NCBI GenBank assembly: GCA_004764695.1
Contig: SMSO01000004.1
Coordinates: 558,001 to 622,000, forward strand
Length of the DNA: 64,000 nucleotides
Reading direction: 5' to 3'
From: Schizochytrium sp. TIO01
Taxonomy: Eukaryota; Protista; Bigyra: Labyrinthulomycetes
The translations under genes and the position numbers were made by a program. The notes under the pieces were generated by a model. The model was given only the letters and a program-made list of their open reading frames with translations, ran no database searches and was not told where the DNA came from. This document shows, piece after piece, positions 10,191 to 18,573 of the stretch (positions are counted from its first letter, which is position 1; every line of letters starts with the position of its first letter).

Positions 10191-12299
10191 ATGGAGCCTA
10201 AAGCACTGAAATATTCAAAAGAGCAGGAGGAGATTATCGCAACAGCGTGCGCTCCTTCAGATGATGACAGACTGGTTCGAGTTACTGCGGCGGCAGGCAC
10301 TGGCAAGACAACAACAATCATTGGCGTAGCAGCCCGTTTGTGCAGTCTTGGTCATGAAGGACTTACGTATTTGACCTTTAATGTTAGTGCAGCTGCTGAC
10401 GGCGCAAAACGCTTAGGACCAAGTGTCTGCTGTCGCACCATACATGCTCAAGCGCTTCATTGCTTGAATATGCCAAACCCACATATAAAAGATGAATCTG
10501 CAGTGGAAAGGCTCATCACCAAACACTGTGAAGATGACATCAAGACCATGTGCCAGAGAATCTCCCCCAAAGGAGATGACAAGTCACTCCATAAAAAACT
10601 GGCCAAAACCCTATCTTTCTATATTCGTAAGACTCTCGAACGCTTTACGAACTCTGCAGACCCTATTGATGTAGGATTTGATCCACAACAGTGGTTTACA
10701 ACCTATTATCCAGCCAAAAGGTTTCATCAGCAACCTCCTGCAGGATATGAAGACATTGGCAAATGTGGGGATTTCTACGTCCACAATGCTCGGAAGATAT
10801 ACGAACTTCTTCGACCTGATCCAGACACCAAAACTTCAAAGGCTGGATACACGACTTACGACGTAATGATGAAAGAATGCCAGCTTCAAGGTTGTAAAAT
10901 TCCAGGATCTGCCTTGCTGGTTGATGAGTCGCAGGACTGCAGCGAGTGTCAAATCGCCTGGATAGAATCCAACCGGGAAGGAAAGGTTATTTACCTTGTT
11001 GGAGATGCTGTGCAAACAATCTATGGGTTTCGTGGGGCAAAGTCAAAATTCCTGCTTGGTGTTAGAAATTGCATAGACAAGAACTTGACAACTAGCTTTC
11101 GTTTTGGCAAGCACATTGCTAGTGTTGCCAACTCAATTCTTTTTGTGAAGCAAAAGGTATCACCAAACGATTGGAGGCATTACCGTTTAACCGGCGGGGC
11201 AAATAGCGAAGGCGAGGTTTTTTTTAGTTCTCCAAATGTTTCAGAGAATGAGATCTTTCCTTTAACCGTCCTTGCATTTTCCAACCACGCCCTCCTTGAA
11301 TGGGCTCTTCGGTATTTTGCTAGGCAAGCAGAAGATGATCGTAAAAGTTTATCTAAACCTCTCTTGCGTTTTGCAGTCAATGGTGATGGTGAAAACTCTG
11401 GGCGTAAGAGGTGGCTATCAGTTTTAAAAAATATTCAAGCATGTATTAAATTATACACTGGAGCAGCAAACTCTTTGCCTGACTTCCCAGAGTTTGAGGG
11501 AGAAGAGGTGTCTTGGGATGAATTTAAAGAAGCTGTGACCACTCGTGAAATGGGCAAATATTATCTTCACGTCAAGATTGTAGACGCATACAAAGAGGAC
11601 ACCGCAACGGTTATGCAGGCGTTTAAAGAAGATGTCATTGACGCAAACCACCCAAAGGAGCATGCTGATATCATACTCTCAACGATCCATGCTGCCAAAG
11701 GCGCAGAGTGGGAAAATGTCCTGATCTGCGAAGACATGTCTCCTCTTCATGGCATTAAAGTTGAGGAAGACAGGAACATTCAAAAACATGGTTTTCAGCG
11801 AGCTGACAGTTTCCAGGGGTTGAAAAAGAGAGCTTCTTTTACAATGAACGAGTGGAAAAACGAAATTAACCTTTGGTATGTTGCAGTCACCAGAGCCAAG
11901 CGTCGTCTTTTTCTCCCTAAGAAGCTTGAAGCCCTCTTCCAATGCTATGGCGAAGTCAAGGCCATGGCGGAGTCAAATGCTAATGAGCTGGGGCTGATCA
12001 ACGATGAGGATGCTAGCTTACCATTTTCAGGAAAACAAATGCTTTCGCTTGACGATGTTCGTTTAATTGCCGAGCATATCGTATCCCCTTGGATCGTGGA
12101 AATGACAACCGGTGGTCACTTGGACTCCCCTGTCTACGATATGTATCGTAAATCGATGGAAAAAAAGTTTGGAGATATCAAACGTGAGGTAGAAACTCAA
12201 GAAGTAGACAGTGATGAAGATGCAGCAGCTACAGCAAGCCATCAACCGCACGAACCTGTATATACCAGAGGAGAGCCTCCCAAAAAAAGGCAAAAATAA
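10191..12299 (+). CDS. UvrD/REP-family (FBH1-like) SF1 DNA helicase without an F-box
   Basis: Motifs AAAGTGKTT, LLVDESQD, VGDAVQTIYGFRGA, LTTSFRFG, LSTIHAAKGAEWENV and LWYVAVTRAKRRL. First ATG at 10191 (the track starts at TTG 10173). C-terminal PPKKRQK. Confidence 0.92.
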   Translation: MEPKALKYSKEQEEIIATACAPSDDDRLVRVTAAAGTGKTTTIIGVAARLCSLGHEGLTYLTFNVSAAADGAKRLGPSVCCRTIHAQALHCLNMPNPHIKDESAVERLITKHCEDDIKTMCQRISPKGDDKSLHKKLAKTLSFYIRKTLERFTNSADPIDVGFDPQQWFTTYYPAKRFHQQPPAGYEDIGKCGDFYVHNARKIYELLRPDPDTKTSKAGYTTYDVMMKECQLQGCKIPGSALLVDESQDCSECQIAWIESNREGKVIYLVGDAVQTIYGFRGAKSKFLLGVRNCIDKNLTTSFRFGKHIASVANSILFVKQKVSPNDWRHYRLTGGANSEGEVFFSSPNVSENEIFPLTVLAFSNHALLEWALRYFARQAEDDRKSLSKPLLRFAVNGDGENSGRKRWLSVLKNIQACIKLYTGAANSLPDFPEFEGEEVSWDEFKEAVTTREMGKYYLHVKIVDAYKEDTATVMQAFKEDVIDANHPKEHADIILSTIHAAKGAEWENVLICEDMSPLHGIKVEEDRNIQKHGFQRADSFQGLKKRASFTMNEWKNEINLWYVAVTRAKRRLFLPKKLEALFQCYGEVKAMAESNANELGLINDEDASLPFSGKQMLSLDDVRLIAEHIVSPWIVEMTTGGHLDSPVYDMYRKSMEKKFGDIKREVETQEVDSDEDAAATASHQPHEPVYTRGEPPKKRQK

Positions 12300-12616
12300 G
12301 ATCATTCTTTGTAGCTTGATGAGTTGTACTCCAGTAACTCGTTATAACAAGGAAGGTGAGTAATCCATTTTAATTAATTTTTTCTAAGTCGATTTTTTTT
12401 ATTTTTTTTAAAGAGAGGTGAAGACAAGTAAATTATTGCAGAGATACTATAGCTCAATAACCCTTTTTTTAATCAATAATTTATTATTGATTTTTTAAAA
12501 ACTATTTTTTAAAATGTGTTTACCAGTCTGGGTTTGCGCTTGTTTTTCTAGGTTGGTTTATTGGATTATCTAGCTAGATAATGTCATTTGCTCATGAGAG
12601 TGGTAGGTAATTATAT

Positions 12617-12656
12617 TGACTCAGTTTCAATACCCAAGTCCAAAGATTGATAGGAG
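12617..12656 (-). repeat. Inverted single arm of the ~55-bp repeat family
   Basis: The reverse complement CTCCTATCAATCTTTGGACTTGGGTATTGAAACTGAGTC matches CTCCTATCAATTCTTTGACTTGGTCAAAACCCAAGTC at 4502-4538. Confidence 0.7.
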
Positions 12657-13184
12657 GGTGAAGAATGGAAATCGAAGAGTAAGTAAAAACATTGTATTTG
12701 ACGTGAATTTACAACCCAGTATAAGTACTAGTACCTACCTAACTATATATACAGAAATATCTACCATTAATGAATGTTGTTGAGACTGAGTGGGGGAAGT
12801 GTGCGCTCCCAAAATTAAATGACTTAAGGCCTAAATTTAAAAGTAGGTACGTCGTTCAATCAAAATAAGGAAGTAGGTATGTCGCCAAAAGTCAGAGCCC
12901 GCTCCTTCTAATCTATTTACTTGAAAGAGAGCTCCATTAGAAACGTAAAGGTAGGCGGTAACTACTACCTATGATGTCGCAAAGAAAATAAGTTCAAGAT
13001 TCTCACCACAACCATCAATCTGACTGGCTTGATTGCACTACTAGTGCATATGCATACTATTCTAAAAATTCTTCATGCATTTCTGGATGTTCTTCACCCC
13101 TGACTGTGTTCTTCTGCTACAACTCAATCTTGCAAAAATGCCCATGATCACGACTGTAATATAGAAGTCGAATAACAATTGAAG

Positions 13185-13290
13185 TGTTTCTCTAATCATT
13201 GATAGGTGTTTATATCTATATACTCAGTCGCAACCTGAGTGGAGATAGTCTCACTGTCTCTACATGTCAGATAGAGGCACCTCTTTGAAA
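13185..13290. repeat. Degenerate hairpin copy 3 of the repeat family
   Basis: ATTGATAGGTGTT (reverse complement AACACCTATCAAT) at 13198-13210, then GTCAGATAGAGGCACCTCTTTGA at 13266-13288, similar to GTCAGAGGCAACTCTTTGA at 8908. Confidence 0.45.
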
Positions 13291-13653
13291 ACAATCATGA
13301 GCTACTCAGTATTTTAAGTGATTGTTTGGAACTTTGAAAAATATTCTCTTTTTTTTCTTTTTTTTAAGTTTATCACTGTGCTCTCGATAGCCAGTACAAC
13401 TTCTTGCAATACTTATCAAGCTAGTAAAAACACAAGCTACATCGTCCACTCATTCAAGTTTGCCAGTGCTCTCACTATCGGGCGCTTACCTACCTATGCC
13501 ATGTTTGCTCTCGTTTTGTTTCTAGGAACTTTGTTGGCAGTCCTTATGGCTTTTATTTTTATTTTTTGCTGTTGTTAGTTATTTTAGTTATTTAATGTTT
13601 TATTTTAAAAACGTCTTTTTAATTCTAAAGGGGATAAAAATAAAATTAAAATA

Positions 13654-16600
13654 ATGCGTAGGGCCAAGCCGTGTTTATTATGCTATGTACCTTGCAAAGT
13701 TTGCCATGTAAACGTCTTTAGGCAAAGCAAACCCAAAACAAAATCGAAAGCTAAGTCTACAGGCTTCGGCTTAGAAGTGGCTCAGAGCAGAGAAGCACTT
13801 GAAGCGACCATGCAACAAGCTAAGAATGCGCTTTCCCAAGGAAGGATAGATGCTGCTGCACTAGGCTTTTGCGGTGAGGGCGGCCTCCAGTTCATTATTC
13901 TTGCTATCAATTCTGAAAAGCACATTATACATTCTCTTAATATGAGCGGAACTAATATCGATGACAATCTAGTTCTTTACCACTTAGCTCCTGCGCTCCG
14001 TGCGTCCCGCAACAAAATCAAGGAGTTAGATCTGAGCAATAACTCAAAGGTTGGCTGTAGAGGTGCACAAGCAATTCTTTCAATTCCTGGCATCACTAAG
14101 CTGTGCTTAGATGAACTTGATCTAAGAGAAGCAAAATCCGACTTCTTTGGCTCTATGCTGGATCAAAGTGACGTTGAAGATCTTTCGATTCGGAATTGCC
14201 ATCTTCCTTCCGAAACTGTTGCCACGTTAGCTTCTGTAATGGAAACTAGGAACAGAATCTCCAAAGTGAATTGCGAGGGGAACCAGGCATTTACCATGGA
14301 GAACATAAATCAACTGCTCCAGGCTGTCTGCAGTAGAAAAAATCAACTTCATATATCAATTGGACTTCAAGATATCCCCGAAGAGCAGCGAAATTCTCTA
14401 ATAAGAAAAATTAACAGTCGTACAATTCTCCACGACTGTGTAAATCTAGCGAGTGATGAAACCAAGAAAAGAGTTACAAGCAGCCATGATGAATCTGCAA
14501 GTAGCAGTGACGAATCTACAAGCGACGATGAGACCGGGAGCGAAGGCGATGAGTCCTGCGATTTTATGTCAGCAGACTCTGAATCTGATTCTGAGTCAGA
14601 CGATGACAATGATCAAGGCGAGGACGATATTGACGATTCTGAAGAGACTATAACCAAGGCTTTTTCCAGTTTGAAGAACAACTACTTTGGAGATGTCCGA
14701 TTTGATTCACGAGAGAAGCGAGCTGCAGTTACTCTAAATCAACTAGATTGGAAACGCTGGATCCCAGTTATCAATGAGATGGCGAAGCTTTTGAGGCCTG
14801 AAAAGACCTTTGAGTCGCTTGTGCATCTTCGAATAGGTTGTGCGCTTATGGCAAATGACTCGGAAGCTGAAAGTCTCATTGATATCCACTCAGACGTTTT
14901 CAAAAAGTTTTGGAGACGAGGCCGAGCAGTAATCTCATGTATTATGCAAGGTGGGAAGACCAAACGTGCAATATTTTACAGAGGCTTCATTCACGGCGGT
15001 GTGTGTAACAAGCATGTTGTTGTCCTTGCAAACTCGCAGCGCACAGCCTATCATGACATGCGTAGTGCTGTTAGTGACATGAATAAGCTCTACAAGAGGG
15101 AGGTATTGAAAAAAATGGCTTCAAGCAACAAACACAAACATGGTATGGGTAGAAAGATAAAATCCGATCGGAATAGTTACATTCCAGAAAGTGTATTCCT
15201 CTACACTCGACTCAACCAAGTAGAAAATGTGTTATCGATCCAAAACAAGAGCCGCTCGGAAGTTCACTTTAACATTCGCTTAGCTAACGTTGCCGGCATT
15301 CGGAGCCTAAACGACCCCTTTCGGGGTAAACTTGGCCAAGTGTTCAATTCAGAAACTACCCATCTTATACTTGATGAATCGCACGAAGCCATGACAAAAA
15401 CTCAATTTGCTAGAGGCATCTGCATGGAACTTCAACATTGGGCGGATGTGTCTTTCGTAACAGCAACTCCAAGCTCGAATTTTATCCTTGACAGCAAGCT
15501 TGGAGATGAATTCACTCCTGTGGATATCCGTCCGCGCCCCGGATACTATCTCTATGGGCCTAATATGAAGGATCCCTCGAAGGACTCTTTGGATGATGAT
15601 CAACAACGTATTCTTGTAGTTAATCATATAGATGTGGACAAGTTCTTCAATGGAAACATTTTAAATAAAAAACCATCCAAGCACAACTTCCCCTACAGTA
15701 GTTTCCCACTTACCCAGCGCGAACAGAAAAAAAGGGAAAAAGAACGCAAAAAAGACCAGGCTTTGGAGGGTGAAAATGCGAGGTCAGAAAAATCAGACTG
15801 CATTATCCCAGAAAATCAGATTGAAGCGCTCAAGACCTCGTTTGGCAAGAATTTAGACCGCTCTAAGTTTCTGATTGTACTGAATGATTTTTCATCTACA
15901 AGCTTTCAAAAGAATCGAAGCATTAACATTGGGCACGGGAAGATTGCACTTTGGCTAGCACAGCATGCCATCAATACCCTTAATAAATTACAGCCAAAGG
16001 CAAAGGCAAAGTCGAAGGCAGAGTCCAAGTGGAAGCGTGCGTCTATTGTTACGTATTCTGTGTACAACCACTGTCGTGTCGACAATCGTTTTGGTAAGCC
16101 ACATATCTATATGAATTCGGCACTTTGCCGTCATTTAGCAACCATTCGTGTTGGAGAGTTCGCCTCGAAATTTGTGACATTGGATGCCGCTGAAGCAAAC
16201 TCAAAATGTCTTATCACACAGCGGCAACAGGAGGATTTTATGTCGTACTTAAAAGCTTTGAAACATGCAGCCGATGTGATATTGAAGAATGCGGACCGAA
16301 AAGGCAGGAATGTAAAAGGCCTCCCTATTCAATGTCGGAGAGATAAACGTTCCAAAACGAGAACTTACGAATTTGAAGTAGCAAAATTCATGGACATTAA
16401 GTTTGTGCTGAGTTTCATTCAACATCTGCATGAGACACGGATGCCAAAAGAGGACGACCGTCCAAACTTGGATTACAGATCATATCCACTGCGAATTGCA
16501 ATCGTTGGCAAGCAGCTCCTCAAACAAGCAATCAATGTGGAATCGAAAGATCGTATAATTCAGCTTACTGATCTTGTTTACCTGCAAAATCCTAACTCTA

Positions 16601-17346
16601 GGATTGACCAAACAAGGATGCTGCAGGCGCTTGGTCGTGTCAACCACGGTTTTAACAGAAAACAGTTCTACACTAGCGCATTCGCGGAACAGAAGTTGGC
16701 AAAGATGGACGAGTTAAAGCAGCTTGAACATATGAGACCCAAAGTCTGGTTACCATCAAGTCTGAAGAGATTTCTTTTCGAAACACCCCAGCTACAACGC
16801 ACTGCCGCAACCCTCAAATCGGGTTCAATTCCGTACTTTCTTGATTGTTTTCATACATTGGAATTGAAGGGGTCTGTTCAAGCAAACGCAGATGGAATGC
16901 GTGAACTCGAGAAGCAAGCCCTTGATGAGACACTAAAGAACCTGCCTCGAAGCAAAACGCAAATCAGGTTCCCCAAAGTCAAGTCATGGGTAAACGGCAT
17001 TTATCAAAGTTTAGCTTCAGCAAAGAATAAATCCTTGTCAGAAGGCGACCGTGTCAGCATAGCTAAGCGTCTAGTAGCTCTGATTAACAACTATGACTAC
17101 CGTCCAGATTTTGACAGTATTCTTGACATTTGCGACAACGAAGATCATGCAACACCTACCGATCGTATGCTCCTCAAATTTTTAAAAGATGACAACATGA
17201 AGGATGAACTCTGGAAAACATTATTTCTAAATCAACGAGGACGCTCATCAAATGCAGGCACGAAGAGAGGGAGAGCAACGCAAGCTGTCAATAGAAACAG
17301 AGATAAGGATAAAGGGGGGCAGAATAAAAAGCTGCGCAAGCGGTAA
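13654..17346 (+). CDS. RNI-like leucine-rich-repeat + acidic linker + Z1-type SF2 (DExH) helicase/ATPase
   Basis: 1230-aa ORF. LRRs: IHSLNMSGTNID, IKELDLSNNSKVG, ITKLCLDELDL, VEDLSIRNCHL, ISKVNCEGNQ. Helicase motifs: ISCIMQGGKT (I), LILDESH (II), VTATPSSNF (III), RPRPGYYLYG, IAIVGKQLL (V), DQTRMLQALGRV (VI). Basic tail KKLRKR. The true start is uncertain: possible TTTAG acceptor near 13720, or Met at 13810. Confidence 0.82.
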   Translation: MRRAKPCLLCYVPCKVCHVNVFRQSKPKTKSKAKSTGFGLEVAQSREALEATMQQAKNALSQGRIDAAALGFCGEGGLQFIILAINSEKHIIHSLNMSGTNIDDNLVLYHLAPALRASRNKIKELDLSNNSKVGCRGAQAILSIPGITKLCLDELDLREAKSDFFGSMLDQSDVEDLSIRNCHLPSETVATLASVMETRNRISKVNCEGNQAFTMENINQLLQAVCSRKNQLHISIGLQDIPEEQRNSLIRKINSRTILHDCVNLASDETKKRVTSSHDESASSSDESTSDDETGSEGDESCDFMSADSESDSESDDDNDQGEDDIDDSEETITKAFSSLKNNYFGDVRFDSREKRAAVTLNQLDWKRWIPVINEMAKLLRPEKTFESLVHLRIGCALMANDSEAESLIDIHSDVFKKFWRRGRAVISCIMQGGKTKRAIFYRGFIHGGVCNKHVVVLANSQRTAYHDMRSAVSDMNKLYKREVLKKMASSNKHKHGMGRKIKSDRNSYIPESVFLYTRLNQVENVLSIQNKSRSEVHFNIRLANVAGIRSLNDPFRGKLGQVFNSETTHLILDESHEAMTKTQFARGICMELQHWADVSFVTATPSSNFILDSKLGDEFTPVDIRPRPGYYLYGPNMKDPSKDSLDDDQQRILVVNHIDVDKFFNGNILNKKPSKHNFPYSSFPLTQREQKKREKERKKDQALEGENARSEKSDCIIPENQIEALKTSFGKNLDRSKFLIVLNDFSSTSFQKNRSINIGHGKIALWLAQHAINTLNKLQPKAKAKSKAESKWKRASIVTYSVYNHCRVDNRFGKPHIYMNSALCRHLATIRVGEFASKFVTLDAAEANSKCLITQRQQEDFMSYLKALKHAADVILKNADRKGRNVKGLPIQCRRDKRSKTRTYEFEVAKFMDIKFVLSFIQHLHETRMPKEDDRPNLDYRSYPLRIAIVGKQLLKQAINVESKDRIIQLTDLVYLQNPNSRIDQTRMLQALGRVNHGFNRKQFYTSAFAEQKLAKMDELKQLEHMRPKVWLPSSLKRFLFETPQLQRTAATLKSGSIPYFLDCFHTLELKGSVQANADGMRELEKQALDETLKNLPRSKTQIRFPKVKSWVNGIYQSLASAKNKSLSEGDRVSIAKRLVALINNYDYRPDFDSILDICDNEDHATPTDRMLLKFLKDDNMKDELWKTLFLNQRGRSSNAGTKRGRATQAVNRNRDKDKGGQNKKLRKR

Positions 17347-18490
17347 AAAAGGAAGGACAAAGCACATATCCCCTTTGAATTGACAAGGACCAACTTCTGG
17401 CGCACAACAGCTCCTATCACTAATTTGTGTCTTGTTGATGTGTGCACATTCATAGCCCTAGAATAATGAAAATAAGAAGAATAATTTTCTGTTGAATGAA
17501 GAAGTTTTGTTCTGTTGCTAGGCATTTTAGTACCCTAAGTTACTTTCTGGTTCATGTTCTGCCACCCCACCTGAATGGCCTAAAGTTGACCTTACTTATC
17601 AGCATTATATATGAGCCTTGTAAAATACGTCGAGTTTATGCTGGACAAAGGGCTAATACCACAGATACAATTACTTTGATTGAGAGTTAGTGATTTCCTG
17701 AAGCGAATCAGCTCTTCCTTCCACACGCTATTCAAGGTTTATGAAATGTTTAAACACTTTTATAATTCCAGGCTTTAAAGACTCGATGCAATACATTAAA
17801 ATTTTGGTGGATCGTTTTGAAGTCTACATGTTTTTGCCTGAGGCGATTTGCTTTGATGAAACAAAACACGTTTTTTTAAAATGCAGGTTTAATTTTTATA
17901 CTTTATATTTGCTCTAAACCTTCTTTTTGTCTGTACATAAAAGAAACTGAAGATAGTTCTTTGCGAGAATTTAAACTGACGTGATCTTTTGGTTGTTCTT
18001 TACTTGTGAGGGACACCCCCATACAACCCAATCAAATCGGATGCTACTTTCTTTGATAGTGTCATATATTCATTAAAGTTCCCATTAGTTGCACGATGCG
18101 AAGCCTTTCAATTTAACGGAGCTTGTCAACTCTGCTGAAAATCCTCAAAATGATTGTGGATCGTCTACACCTATACGAACATGTAAAGTTGATGGTTTAG
18201 TCGGTTTTACGACCGAACACTACACTGCTGTCATACAATGCGCACCGCATATCTTGACAAAATAAAGGAAATTTTCTTTGTGAATAGTTTCGACTAACAA
18301 GGCACATGTTTTTGCATAATGTGTAATGATTCTTCATACATCGTGATTTACTTGAATATACGCCCAACTTGAAGTAAAAAGAACTAGATTACAATTCTAT
18401 TTCATATTGTTTATTATTTTCTTTTCAAGTTGTAAACAGAATTATTATTGCATACACAGGGCCTATATAGTTTTTATATAGTTTGTATTT

Positions 18491-18498
18491 AAAAAAAA
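18491..18498 (-). terminator. RNA polymerase III oligo-T terminator of tRNA-Lys
   Basis: T8 run on the minus strand, 3 nt after the discriminator base. Confidence 0.8.
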
Positions 18499-18501
18499 TT
18501 G

Positions 18502-18573
18502 TTCCCAATGAGGGGATCGAACCCTCGACCATTTGATTAAGAGTCAAACGCTCTACCGCTGAGCTAACCGGGA
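18502..18573 (-). tRNA. trnK-CTT: tRNA-Lys (anticodon CTT)
   Basis: The reverse complement TCCCGGT TA GCTC AGCGGTA GAGC G TTTGA CTCTTAA TCAAA TGGTC GAGGG TTCGATC CCCTC ATTGGGA A folds as a full cloverleaf with A and B boxes. Confidence 0.96.

Noticed and set aside
4396-17346. The helicase cluster as an autonomous transposon (Helitron, Polinton, Academ) or an endogenous virus
   Set aside because: No HUH Rep, transposase, integrase, polymerase or capsid gene is seen. The helicases are UvrD-type and Z1-like rather than Pif1 or RecQ.
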